A DNA stretch of 59,398 bases, filler included, from Sphacelaria rigidula (lineage: Eukaryota), in the NCBI GenBank assembly GCA_964200075.2. It is 5 parts of 5 records of this genome, joined end to end, with 100 filler letters (N's around TTAATTAATTAA, not from the genome) between each part and the next. Parts side by side here need not be neighbours in the genome. Positions count along the whole stretch, not along the records: positions 23,804 to 35,603 come from CAXNAA020004482.1; positions 35,704 to 47,502 come from CAXNAA020004483.1; 3 more parts are not named here. One strand, written 5' to 3'. The notes beneath the pieces were generated by a model that did no database searches, was not told where the DNA came from, and saw only the letters and a list, made by a program, of their open reading frames with translations. This document shows, piece after piece, positions 24,020 through 45,339 of the stretch. The position numbers and the translations under genes are program-made. Positions within the stretch are counted from its first letter, which is position 1, and every line of letters starts with the position of its first letter.

Positions 24020-26555
24020 CTTGTTGATTGTCCATCCCAAATTTCACTTTCCAACTCCAAGAAAAAAATTGCGAATTCGCCTGAAAAGTACACATCCGCT
24101 TGTAGGCTGGCCCAGCCTGTAGGCTGCAGTGTGCAGTCCGGTTGCGCCGCCTTTTCACGAAACGTTACATATGGTTTCCCGACTAACGACCACTGATCAT
24201 GATGCGCCCAAGCTTCGTAGTAGGACCACCAGAACCTTCTCGACACCATAATCAATCGCCGTAATAAGTATCTGTTGGAATGTTGGAGGACGCAACAGGA
24301 CGCGTGTTTCTCGCCCGAACATGTATGTTGCGAATATTACAGGTACAGTTCGATGTAAGCTCTACTGGATGTGAAAGACTTCAAGTTGCAAGAAATGCAT
24401 TGTTCATGGTTGCTCATGACGGAACCGTCCGAGAACCATCTTATAAAACGCCCCATTATCAGGATGACCGTATCATCGGGCGATCAAAATGTTTTCTTCC
24501 TCTGTGGAATCTAAGCCAGTATTCAGGCGTCGATGGTTTTGTAGCTACATGAAGACGCTAGTTCGACAGAGACATTTTCGCATTTCACGTGTTTTTTTTC
24601 GGGTGTTGCGTCTTTTTGGCGATAGCACGGCTTTTCTGCTTGAAGTAAGTTCGTGAGTTGTCGCTGCAGTGTACGTAACCAAATATATTTTTCAATTCCA
24701 GATTCAGGATTTCGAAATTGTGAGCCAAAGTTATGTCGATTTCAAAAAGTTCTCGGAGAACGAAAAAATAATTTTAGCGACGAATACTCGTCACCCGTTC
24801 TCCCATCCTGTTCTATTTGTTGATGAAATCAAACGTTCGATACGAATTGGATTCAGTACTGAAGCAAACCGAACCTATTTTGTCATGAATTGGGTTCGCG
24901 ACTCAAAGAACACTGAGTTTTTACCCCAGGGTTCTGTGAAGACGGTCGGGCAGTCGCGTGTACTACATGGATTTTAGTTTTGATTCGACGTGGTAATTTT
25001 TTTCAATTTCATGTCTGAGTGATTCCCACATGCCAGTCCCGAGAGCCTCCCTCAAACAGAACAGCAGGCAGAAAAGCAATGGTTTCAAATATGTATATAT
25101 ATACTCGTTACAAAAGCATATACTAAACGAGTTTATCCTCCATTTATTTGCTTCGTCAATTGTCAATTTCTCCTTTATATCTGTAAATATCTCTGAGCCC
25201 ATCACCTCGACTCTCAATGGATTGATTCGATGCCAAGTGACACAGAAAAGCAAACATATATTGCAATCAGACTACTAGTGCTAGTTCTTCAAAATTCACG
25301 TTTCGAAACACACGAAGTATCTTTTTTTTCCCGTACCTACTAAAAGAAACTCGTCGTCGAATGTCGCACACGCTACGTACATGAACAGAACAAATATATT
25401 TTGACGTCTGTTCGATATCTGCTGAATGGCCAAACCAGACTTGTAAAGACATGCGACATGCACAATGATGAAAGAAAAATCCTGACGGGGACAGGAGCCG
25501 CCTCTAGCTCTTCCTACACCCTTGAAACGGCTGTTTCGCCATCCAATTAAAAATCAGGTACTCTGCACGTGCGCACAGCAGAAAATCTCAAAACGATGCC
25601 AGCTAACAACACGTTTTCTGCCATCGCCAGGTGAATGCTTCCAGAAAAGATTTCTCTTGTCACCGCACACATCACTTACATCCCAAAAAGTATTATATCA
25701 GCTGATCCCGACAAAACTAGGGCTTGGAGCAGATAGCAACACAAGATCACCGAGTCCTGGGGAAAGTTTTGACCAAGCTACGCGATGCGCTCCGTCTGAA
25801 GTCTAAATCAAGGTATTTAAGGCAAGCATCCAAAGCATCCCAAATCCCCCGATGTAGTTGGACACAAGACTGTGCGAGCCCATGACACTTATACTCGCTG
25901 GAGAACTACAATTTTCTGTACGCAGGACGCGACACAGCCTCAGCCCGTTCGTGGACATGAAAACCACCCCCGCGCAGTCTACCTAACCTTAGTATAGTAA
26001 CGGCAACACGAACGACAGTCATAGTCGCGGAGGGTCAAATGGCCAGCAGCAAAACGTCGTGAGCTCGAACAACTCTTGAGTGGGAAAAAACCATGGTCAT
26101 ATTCCCTTCTTTATCTTGGCTTTCATCATCCTCAGTACTCAATATTCTCGTGCGGGGTGGTTAGAAAGCAACTGACTCTAATGTTGCGGTTGGGCACCAC
26201 ATGCTACATACCATACGCCATCTCAATGCGCCGTAACTGCACCTCAAGTGCTCGACATCATGAGCATCCCCAGGAACAGCAAGACCATATCTACAGGGCA
26301 GTCCAGTTGTATTCCATGCAGCGTCGGGCTATCGCCAGGCTAAATTGCACTAATAAGCAGCAGTGTTGATTTTTGGGGATACACAATTTCTCAAGGAAAG
26401 GCGCAAATTTGCGTAGCCTTTTTCCACCGTGCGAGTTTCGACTTTTATGTATAGGAATTGCACAAAGGATCAAAATGGATGCAAACTGTGCAGGCACAGG
26501 AAAACGTGGAAGAAGCTCCAACGCTCACAAAAAGATATAACCTATAAACTGCCGC

Positions 26556-34398
<7,843 letters not shown>

Positions 34399-36376
34399 CT
34401 GTACAAGTAGCGGTTAGCAACACCAGTCAATAACGACAACGTCAACGACAACGAAAAAAAAGACATGTGTCCCTGTTGCAGTCAGTGTGGTCAGTGCAAA
34501 AGGGCGTATTTTTGATCATCTACGATAACAGTCATTTTGGTGGTGTTCTTGCCATTTTTTCCCCACAAGAAATTGATTGTTTATGCCGCTAAAGCTCTCG
34601 CAGGCGGCCCATCAACCAACCACTCTATAAATCCTCTGTCCGCAACCCTTTACCCTACCTTCACAGTCCGGTCGAACGTGATTTGTGATTCGTACTAGAC
34701 TTTTTTTTCCTCTCGGCTTTTGCTTTAGAAAAAAGAGACGAATATTCGGTACACAGCACTCTTCGAGGACATGGCTACATACAAGTTGGTTGCGGAAAAC
34801 ATGACACAAAGCAACACCCAGCCCGTCACGATGCACGGACAAAACAGACCACCCACACACTCGCGCCACTTACTATCCACGATGATAATTAAAGACCACG
34901 AGGTGATTACCGCGTGAAACAAACGTAGTACTGTAGCGTGTTCGTTAGGAACGAGTTCAAGATTGCTCAAGACCAAGACACATGGACCATTGCTTGGAAC
35001 CGTGTCACGCGTCGACACGGTGCGGTTTTGGGAGTAGTGTGGTACGCGTATCGTTTACGTGGCTCAACTCGTCACCCAGCCGGAGCCGGACATCGCTACC
35101 CTACCTATAGGTAGCTGCGGATGAGGCCGTGTCAGCAAGGTGGGCTAGGCCAGAGCCACGTGGAGATTATCGAATTCTCCATGAAGGATATGTAGGTATT
35201 TAGATGGAGGTGTCTCGCAGTCTCATATACAAGGAGCATCCCTTTCTCCAACGTTTTTTTGAGCATAAAAAGATCGAGTCCGCATGAAATGCTCGCGATG
35301 TAAAACGCGATTTTGAGTGTCTTTCGTTGCCCGTCAAAAACCGAGATAAATCGCACCGTGTTACTGAAGTCTCAATCTACAACGGTCAACTTTTTTTCAC
35401 TTAGCTTTTGGGCTTGCAATCCATTATTGAAGCCAAAACAGCAGTTTGCTGATTGTTAGAGTACAAAAAGTGCAAACGCACTCATCAACCTTCTCGACGG
35501 AGGGTCTGAGTATATCTCTTGCATTATAGTAAACTTGCAAGGGTCAGACAAATAATGATTCGTCTGGAAATTACTTGGTTTTAGTATGATGAGTCGACTC
35601 GTGNNNNNNNNNNNNNNNNNNNNNNNNNNNNNNNNNNNNNNNNNNNNTTAATTAATTAANNNNNNNNNNNNNNNNNNNNNNNNNNNNNNNNNNNNNNNNN
35701 NNNCTGCTGCGGACATTTTGGGGGGGAATATGGTCCGCTCGGTCGCTAGTGTTTCGCGTCTTCCCTGCAAAGGAGAAATGCCACTTTAACCCCATATCTT
35801 GTATCAACCCCATTTTCTAGGATCCACTGTTAAATGCTGGTAAAGGTACTAGGGTTTGCAAATGCCGTACAGGGGCTTCCACAAGGGCTGCGAAGAACTC
35901 TGTGCAGCACGTCCGACAGGGTGCTATCTGCTCACGTGTGTGATGATGGCTCGGGTGTGTCTTCGCCCACCCAAGCCACCCTACCTCACTACCATCTACT
36001 CCCCTCTCCCAGCCAAGAAATCTCAGACCGGTGAGACTGATTGAGCGTGAGAGACTGGATTGAGAGATAGGATATCGTAAGGTTGAGACCAAGCAATCAA
36101 GAAGTGATAACATCTATTGCTGGTAAACTTTAGGCGGACACAACAATATTGATGTACCTACGGTGCGCAGGGGTGCACAGTTTGATCTTCACTCAGCTGC
36201 CATCGATGAATGCGTTTCATTTGTAATTTTGAATGTGTGTTTCATCCATGTGCTGTTGTGTCAACGACCAGGTAGGCAGCGCCCTTCCAAGGATTGGACA
36301 GAAGGACAGCTGGATATTATGAAGAAGTATTGGTACAGGCTGGGCTGGCCTAGACGCGAATTTCTGGTTTGCAGAC

Positions 36377-36640
36377 CCCGTCTCACCTCAATTTTGCGAG
36401 TTGGACTTTGAAATTTGGTATGGAGGAAGAATAGAGTATGGTAAAACACTGTCGATCGGGACTTGTAGTTTTATATTTTCCGTGAGTTGAGGGCAATAAT
36501 CAGTATCTAGATATGAGAAAAAAACCGTTCACTCACGAAAAACAAAAAGCACACGCCCTGAACGATAGCGTGTTAGCATGTCCTATTCTTCCTCTGTACC
36601 AAATTTCGAAGTACAAATCGCAAAATTGAGGTGAGACGGG
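36377..36640. mobile_element. MITE with long inverted arms
   Basis: CCCCGTCTCACCTCAATTTTGCGA..ACTTTGAAATTTGGTA..GAGGAAGAATAG matches the reverse complement of ~36584-36640. A related fragment lies in GS intron 7 (~14130-14280). Confidence 0.8.
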
Positions 36641-37024
36641 GCGATTTAAAAACCGGGCTGGGAACTGGGAACAATATTTTCCAGGCCATTTACCGGCCCA
36701 GGTTTGGTACCTGTGTTTTGAATCTTTGTATTACCTCGCTAGGTCATACCCAACCAAAAAAGTGGAAAATATTGATATATGTATACATGTATGACTTGCT
36801 CAGGACGCTTCAGTATATAGTAAATGTCATATTTTCACGAGAAGGCCCGTGCCTCTAGAAAAAGAAATGAAGGAATCATTTTTTCTTTGCCATGCCTTTC
36901 ACATTCTCCATGATAAGTTTCAAATCTCAATTCTCAAAATTGAGCTGAAAAACTGAGATGATGTCTGAGAGCATTAAATTGTCCATTCTTCCTTACAACT
37001 TCCCTTAAAGTATGAAATTGAAAC

Positions 37025-37084
37025 AATCATGAAAAATCATGAAAAATCATGAAAAATCATGAAAAATCATGAAAAATCATGAAA
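37025..37084. repeat. Minisatellite (AATCATGAAA)x6
   Basis: Six perfect 10-bp copies. Confidence 0.95.
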
Positions 37085-38454
37085 ACAGTGCCTTCTACTT
37101 CATTTTAGAGAGTTTCGGAAACCTGTTTTTCCCCCATGTTAGAGTCAGATGTTAAGAACTGAAGGCTAAACGCCTTGGAGAAGGCAGCCTCAGTCCACCT
37201 TTGACCTGATGTTCTCACGAACAGGGGCTCAAGTTGTGAGAGCTAGGTTGCAAAGTGCTCAGTAGAATGCAGTAAATCAATACAGATCCAATACTGTGAC
37301 AGCAGCAGTAATCGAATCCAGGTGTCCACACAAACAAAATAGATTATCTCTTGCTAATTCACAATACGAACCGGAGAGAGTAGTTTCCCCAAGACCACAA
37401 CTCTCCAGTAAGGACTCACTTGGAACTCAGAGCAACGGCGGCAAGGCTGATGTTTTCCTGGGCCCGAAATGAAGTGAGCTCAGATGCGCTCGGTCGATGG
37501 TGTAACCTCCTTACGCAGGAAATATATCCACACCAAATCATAATACAATAACCAAAGAGTAAAGATCCTCCATCCAACGAACGTTCCTGGAACACTCTTC
37601 ACTGTGCACATGATTATTCGATGTGCAGACATCAGCCATACTGTATCTCCCATCGACTATCCAGAACACATTGTATATCTGTATCTTCCAACAAGCTGAC
37701 GAGCCACGGCAGCCGACCAAGAGTCATATCCAACGCTCAATTACTCCGACATCTGATGTACACAGCGCCACGGTACCTTATCGACGCCAGTTCCTTCAAA
37801 TACCGTAACAATAGCCCATTCTAAAAGGTGCATGCAGAAGCTCGAAGAGCTTCGAAGGCTCACATTTCACCACCATCTCTCACACCACAAAAAAAAACGA
37901 TGAAAAGGATCAAGGGCAAGGAAACCCCTGCAGCATGGCAAATGACGGAGGTCCAGCGCCGGCGCAGGGTGCCTGTTGTTGTGCGATCAGCGAGGCTGTG
38001 GCACACACAGGAAAGGCGCTTAGCCTGTCAACTACAATCCATAAGACAAGCAGGTCACCCGCACGGTCAAATTCAACCCATCAACATCAAATACAGAAAA
38101 GCTACACGCCGCCGACAACATTTGCGCGTTAGGCGGATGGCCTCACGGCCAACGCTCTGGAAGCCCACTCAAGCCGGACTATTCCTCAGACAACGGGAAC
38201 TGTTTTGTCCTCAGTCAAACGAACATCAAGGAGGAGCGCAACACTAGCGGTAGGATTTCACGTTCATCGGTTCCAAGGAGCCCGCCAAGGCATGAAGATC
38301 AAGAAGACATCACTTTCAATATTGAGATAGTGCATGCAATAGCTCATACCGGTGGGAAGATCTACGAGAGAGCTCGCGGTATATGATCTCGGAGCGGCAG
38401 CAGTGGCCGATTGAAGCTCCAGGATCGTGCAGCGATAATCGCCGCTCGGCGCGT

Positions 38455-39009
38455 ACTGAGGAAGCCCACGGGGAGTGGTCATCCGTTTTCGCTCACGCCG
38501 ACAAACAAAAACCACCGTCATCATACCCACAAACACATGACAATTTGCTGAGGAAGCCCTTGGGGTATCGGTCATCCGTTGGCACAAATGTCGAGCACAT
38601 AGCCGGTCATATAAAGGAACACTTACTGAGGAAGCCCTTGGGATATCGGTCATCCGTTTTCGCAAATGTTCGGTTGAAGAGAAGAGACGGGGTGTCTCGG
38701 GTTCAACGATTCACAAGGGAGTGAAAGTCGTGGAGACGCAGGAACAAGAAACAAGAAAATAAAATAAACGAGAGAAACAAAACGTACAATGGACACCAAC
38801 ACATGACAATTTGCTGAGGAAGCCCTTGGGGTATCGGTCATCCGTTTTCGCAAATGTCCGGTTGGAGAGAAAAGACGGGGTGTCTCGGGTCCGACAGGCC
38901 ACTAGAACCGCCTGTGATAGTGGCTTCCGTGAGGTCGGAGAGACGCAGGAACAAAAACAAGAAAAACCGAAACACTGAACGAGAGAAGAAGGTAGTTGAG
39001 ACTTTCACA
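38455..39009. repeat. Cluster of four partial copies of a structured repeat, possibly LTR-derived
   Basis: CTGAGGAAGCCC..GGG....GGTCATCCGTT at ~38456, 38547, 38626 and 38814. The two longest copies continue with AGACGGGGTGTCTCGGGT and GAGACGCAGGAACAA. Confidence 0.75.
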
Positions 39010-39759
39010 GCTAAGCAAGGAGCAAGTGCAGGGAGTATCTCAGCATAAAATGGACGACAGGGGAGGGAAATACTACAATAGTCTCTGTTCTCCAGAAACG
39101 TCGAGCCAAACGAGGTCGGAAGAGAGAGGTTGCGAGAGATTCGCAACTCACAACTCAATACGATGAACACACACACGTCCTCAAGATTTCACCAGGTCAC
39201 CAATTTTAGGTCGGTTGATGGATCTAAAACCTCAATGAGGGGTCTTCACAAATACCATGCGGCGGGCTATGACAGTGGGTCGAGCCAACTGTCGAAACGG
39301 AACGACGAAAAAAAACGCTCGTGCCAGTGCGTTTGTATCACCTTGTCTTGGGGCACAAATGTGTTCGAAAAAAGGGCATCACAGTTCCAGAAGTAGTTCA
39401 ACCCGACCTACAACATGCGGTGGCTCCAGAATGGCATGGAAACACGACCAGGCCCAGGTACACACACATGCACATACACATATCGATATACACCCAAACA
39501 CACATACGCGCATACACGCACATGGATGTGCGCATACACACATACACAAACACACAGCAAAAAAAAAAAAAATACAAATACAAAAGGGGAAAAAAAACAG
39601 GACAGAACGCATCAAGACTCGTCTTCTCTCCATGAGTTGTCGGTATTCCGGAGAATGGCGTCGTCTATGTTGCCGTCGTCATGACGCTGGAGACACCAGG
39701 ACCCGCGGCGAGCGGACGGTGCCTCGGTGTAGTAAGCATCGTCAAAAATAATCTTCAAG

Positions 39760-42700
39760 GGGCCGGGGTCATGGAGGAAGCGGATGTAGTAGGCGTTGTC
39801 GGAGTCGGGTGCTGGTAAGTGGATCTTGCTCAGCCATCAGAAAGAGTCCTGCGCCTTGTACCAGAAGTACGCGCCTTTCGGTAGACGTTTCCTGCGAAAA
39901 GAAAGCAAGTGTTGCGCACGCGAAACAAGGCTATAGCCAGCCATGACGAACCGGGCCAGCTCCCGTGCCGCCGCTCCCTTCCGCATAGACCGGTCTCTTC
40001 GGTTCAACGCGCGGTTTGGCGCAACATCGCCTACCCAGTACAACAGAATATGTCTACGGAAATGCCGCAAGTCGACTTCCCGTTCCCATGTGACCCGCAT
40101 CAATCTTTTCCAGTGCGTCTGGTACATCATTGCTAGTTCACCACCACGACCGCGGACCAGTTGGTGTCCGCTGATATGATCGACTACCACGCGTTCCACA
40201 GGAGCTTGAACGTCTTCAGCCGTGACATGAAAAAATGGCGACTTGGTGGCATGCCTCGTCAATACGTACTGGCTGAGTCCTAACGGCAATTGTTTGGGCA
40301 GATCAGTGGTGTCGTGCGGGGCGGTGCAGGGTTTATAGCGCCGGACAGACACGCGGTGTGTCTGCGGAGGCCCAGCTTCATTCGTGGGGAAATCGAGGTA
40401 CAAAAAGTTGTCCCCGATGGCTCGATCATCCGGTGCCGTAGCACTTGGCCCAACACTTGAACTTTTCCACGGCCAGTCCAATTGAGGGACAGCTTGGCCT
40501 GTCACACCTTACCAGTGAATCCTTACTCGCGCTGGCTCCTTGGCGAATCATCTGTACATCGTTGTATACCCACGCCCATGCACCTACCTTCCACACTGGG
40601 CGCTCATGCATCACCGCATCCAACGTGGCATTGGCACTTACCGCTCTTGCCAAATTGATCTGGTTTTGCTCGCGCACCAAATCATACGCCAACCGCAGAC
40701 GATGACTCAAAAGATCCTGATACTCCCTGATATCCCGGTCCAAACTCTGATGATCACCCACGTTGCGGGGTTTGAATATGGTCAACGGCACCCGCGGCAT
40801 GCGACCAATGTGAATTTCATTTGGTGCAAGGCCGGTGGCGGTGTCGACCGAGTTGTTGTAGTTCAGTGGGAATAAGGGCACATGCAGATCCTAATCTGTT
40901 TTGCCGCCCGTTTGTGAAGGCTGACAGCATTTGCGCCATCGTATGGTTGACACCTCCCGTTCCATCGTTCGTTTGGGGGTGGTACAGGCTTACAAAGATG
41001 CGATAGAAACCCAGTGGTGCACTGACCGCAGCAGGAATTTGCCGGAAAAAATGTTTGTCATCGACGGACAACAACTTCCGGGGGTCCGGCATGCATGACG
41101 GAGGGACAACTGAATCGACCCGCCATCAATAAAATGTACTTGTTGCTACTCTTCATGAGCGGCAACGGTCCGAATTAGTCCCAAGATATGACTTCATCGG
41201 GCCCATTGGGGAGCGGCGTGGACATGGTTGGTCAACGCCCAGTCTGGGGAAACGTTTTGCGCGTCTGACAAATCAAACAAAGACATACCCACCAACAGAC
41301 ACTTTGGTCGACACCGACCCACCAGAAAAATCGATCGATGAACGAGGTCGTCCGACTTGTTACCATATTGATCGAAATGTTGAACTTGCACCGGTGCGGG
41401 ACCCATGGCCATGGCAGCATCGGCACGTACGTGCAGTGGTTCTCGAACAACTAGTCGAACAGATCTACCGGTAGGACGGTCTGACTGAGGTGTCCGCGTG
41501 GGTTTGTGGATAAAAAGTACAATGCCGTCCTCATCCATGTGCAGTTTGCTTGTGCAGCCAGCTCAACACTTCATCCTGCATGGGTGCCCGCGCCGTCCGA
41601 CGGGCTCGAGGATATCCGCAGGGGAATCGAAGTGGGCAATTATGGGACAGGTAAAGTATTGCTGCGCGGCACGTAAGCTCGGCTAATTGTCCCGGCACCT
41701 TTTCTTGGCAGGGAGAAAAATAAACGTGATTTTTGGGGTTTACTCTCGTTCTACGAGAAATGAGATCGCGTACTTGTACCATGATACAACAAGGGGGAGC
41801 GGTGGGCTCCGAAGCGGTGGCAAAATTTGTGCGGGGGCCCTATCCAAATCACACGGAAAAGGCCCTATCCAAATCTGGTTCTTGCATTGGTGTTGGCATT
41901 TCCAGAAACGAAGAGGGGGGATCGAGGGGGCAAACCACCGGGCGCCGTTTTCGGGGCAGAAGGTGTCAGCCCACTCATGCTCAAACCTGGAGTCTTCGAA
42001 GTTTACGCGAATGATTTCCGCCGCTGGGTAGCTAATTATGACTACGTATACTTGATCAGTCAGCAGCGGGTTTGTGCGAGACGGGCGTTCCTTATAGCAC
42101 GTTGACCTTAAACGGAGCCATTGTGCATCGACCCAAATCCAGAGGTGAGGTGGGCAATCGCGCGGTATAGCGGATCAGAACATCTACAAGTTTGTCGATG
42201 ACCGCTACGGTACAACCGGCACCGTCGAGATTGAGGTTGATGTGCAGGTGTGGTGGAACGTCAATCTTAGTCGGAAAAACCTTGCTCGCTCCTGAGGCTA
42301 CAAGCAACCGACCATTATTTGAGGAATGTCGGTTTCCGAGTGGTTATCCAACGCGGCCACAACCAATGTATTAGCTGAAACTGGTCCATGACAATCAGCG
42401 TTTTGCTCGACCTCACTTGGGAAAGTGGTACTGGTGCGGGGACATACGTCAAAAGAGGTGTACGTGGAAGCGAAGCCGAAGCATACCTCGATAACTGGTT
42501 GTGTACTACATCAATGCGTAGACGTCCGAAAAAAAAGCTGGCGTCCGTTTTGCACAATACATCTTCCTGTCCGAACACATATGTCGAAACGCAAGCAGCT
42601 ACGTTTTGCCCCACAAAACATGGAATGCCGTGGCAATGGGGAGAGCAATCAAAGCCGAGACAGAAGGTCGTGCTATGAGGTGCTTATCGTTGAAAAACTG

Positions 42701-43450
42701 AACACTCAATCGTTGAAGAGTAGAACCTGCCCGGAGCCACGGGATGTGGAGCAATGGAAAGCGAGGGTTCCCTGTGGACATTATCCACAGTAGAATAACC
42801 TTGCTCGACTACGAAGGGGTCCGACGCCCTGTGGACGTCTGGGCTAACAACTTGGAACTACAGGGGACGAATCGTCTTTTACCCGCGTGAGCCTGTCGTG
42901 GTGTGGGGTCGCCAGTGGCAGACCCGCACGTCAACGCGACAACGAACCTACAGCAGGTAGGGTGGACTTGTGGCTCAGCACGTTCCGCCTCGACCTCTTT
43001 GTTGGTGCTGGCTCAGGGGGCAACGGGGGGGCAGAGGACGGTAGCGGCACATCCTATACCTGAGGTGTACCGTCATGACCTGGCGCTGTTGGGAAGTTCG
43101 CGGGAGTATCCGTGACGGTGTAGACTCTTGGCTTACCGACCGGTCACTGCCGGGGGTCCTTCTCCAACCCGTGGAGCAACGGAAAGCGAAGGTTCCCTGT
43201 GGTCATGATCCACAGTGGAATAATTGCGCTCGACTACTAAGGGTCCCGACGCCCTGTGGGTGTCTGGGCTAACATGTACCCTACAGTGGGTAGCTGTAGG
43301 GGCAGCAACACAATACCGCGAGACAGCTTCTCTCTCGGCATGTGGGCATCTGCAGAAGACGTGGTTTCCCACCCCGATGGTCGGGGAGGAGGAGCTAGCT
43401 ACCAACAGTTGGAACTATGAAGTGGTACACTAGAGTGATCAATTCTAATG
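39760..43450 (-). mobile_element. Decayed Ty3/gypsy LTR retrotransposon (gag knuckle, integrase, chromo-like domain; RT/RNase H apparently deleted)
   Basis: Integrase zinc finger RFFWWVG...CLICQTRK, core YHPQTN..NHTMAQML, YNNSV..ATGLAPNEIH.GR.PR, and chromo-like VDHISGHQLVRGRGG..YQTHW...TWERE. The pre-RT motif DLGRC..APF at ~42120 is not followed by a recognisable RT. Many frameshifts. Confidence 0.85.
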
Positions 43451-43630
43451 ATGGAACAACACAATTCTTCACCGTGAGGGCTACACCCACGTGCGGTTTC
43501 GCGGGATCGTGCCTGAGTGGGACCCTTGACTCAGGACTGATCGAACCCATTGTACCCACACCACAAGCTTGAGCTAGCGCCGGCCGACGATATCTCAGTT
43601 TCGGTGTGTGGGGGCAGTGGCCGCGTAAAA

Positions 43631-43698
43631 TTAACGGGGACCGCACCGTCTTGGTGTTCGGTCATTAACGGGGACCGCACCGTCTTGGTGTTAGGTCA
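43631..43698. repeat. 34-bp tandem duplication
   Basis: TTAACGGGGACCGCACCGTCTTGGTGTT(C/A)GGTCA occurs twice. Confidence 0.9.
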
Positions 43699-45339
43699 GG
43701 AGCCGCCGTGGTTGGCTTAGGTTCATTCTCGTGGAACGATAGATCATCAGAGGCTGAGGGGAAATTTCCTCAGGCTGTGGCTTTCTCTCCCATGTTTCTT
43801 CTTTTTTTTCGTGTACCAAGCACCGGGCCTGCTAGCAAGTACAGAAACTGACACTGTGATTTCGAGTGTAGTCGTGGAGGCATGCGACCACCATTTTATA
43901 CTCCAGACAGGTTTCAGTGAAAATTTGTCGGGTGGTACACGGAGTTGTTAGAACAGCGTTTTTGGTGGTGCGCAGGGCGCGAATTTCTGGGCTGGCTACG
44001 GTGGTACTGGATACAGTCTGGTGTGTATGGGAGCACATGAGGCTGCTGGTAAAGGCGTTTGGAACCTTAGCAAAACAACCTGTGGGGCCCTCACTTCAGA
44101 GAAGCATCGCGGTGCATGTTCATCGATGCCAATTATTTGATAGTATCGGTTTCGAAACAATGTAGTGGTTTCAAAACAAGATACCACTGCATTACCCGTA
44201 TGCGTTGGAGGGATGTTTGTCACGATGGGGGGAACTTCAATACAGGTCGAGCGGTATGTCGAGGAGGTGTATGCAATACATGTCTTGACCCACAGCTAGT
44301 GGCACATGGAGGAACAACCCGAAAATGAAAAACACCCGTTCGTATGATGCATAGGTGCAGAGGTGTGATGCACTGGAATAACCGACGCGTTTGTTTCGGA
44401 TAGTGTCCGTGCGCATGATGTAGTCAGAACCGAGTTTCCCACCAGCGCTTTCTCTCATTTTGTACCCTCACTACGAAAGTGGGAGAGCAGGACGTTTGCA
44501 TGCTGGCGTACTGTAGGTGGAAACTGAGATACTTCAAACCGGAGTATTCCGTGGCCCGTGGCGAAGGATAGATAGTTTATCTCTTGTATTATTAGAGAGT
44601 GCCTAGATTGAGTCGACCCTGTGACTGAGGGATCAGATGTGGAGAGTGAGGGCTCATGACAGCTCGGTAGCTGCCATGAGCGGGATACTGTAGTCACACA
44701 CACTCGACTACCAGTACCCGCACGTCCGCATCACTCTATCCGCACGTGTGCATGTTCACTCAGTATACCTGTTCACATGAACACCCCCTCTAAACCGGTA
44801 CATCAGTCGTCGTGGCTTTTCCTCTAAAAAAAACAATTCAAGGGGGAAACCCGGCCATCCGGGCAAAAAAACACTCCCCTCAACAGCTTGTGCTCCATCT
44901 AGATAATCCATGGACGCCGGTCAAGACAGATACACGACATGTCGGGAAACGCCCTACAAAGCCCATGCCCCTCAAAGTAGCGTGGGTGGCTTAACCCAAA
45001 ATGCGCATAAATGCATCACTCGAGCATCTAAAAATACCCGGCACGAGCACAATCATACACACAAAAAAACGTACCTACTTGTCACATTCCAAGTTCATAA
45101 AAAAACGTCTGTGCCTCGTAAACAGGCTGATCGAAAGAGGCTTCGACAAAATATCTGAATGCTGCCATCCTGAGCCTACATGTACAACCCTGATCTTTCC
45201 CGTCCCCACCAGCTCTCGAATGAAGTGATATCTCGCGTCTATGTGCTTACTCCTTTAGGAGCTGAGAGGATTCTCGGCCAGAGCTTTTGCTCCCTCGTTA
45301 TCCTCGTACCAAACAATACCTTGGTTTTCCCTGTTTCCC

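Noticed and set aside
38455..38860. CRISPR-like repeat-spacer pattern
   Set aside because: Spacing is irregular and the intervening sequences are themselves homologous.
39440..39600. His/Thr-rich or Cys/Val-rich ORFs
   Set aside because: They are translations of CA-rich low-complexity sequence.
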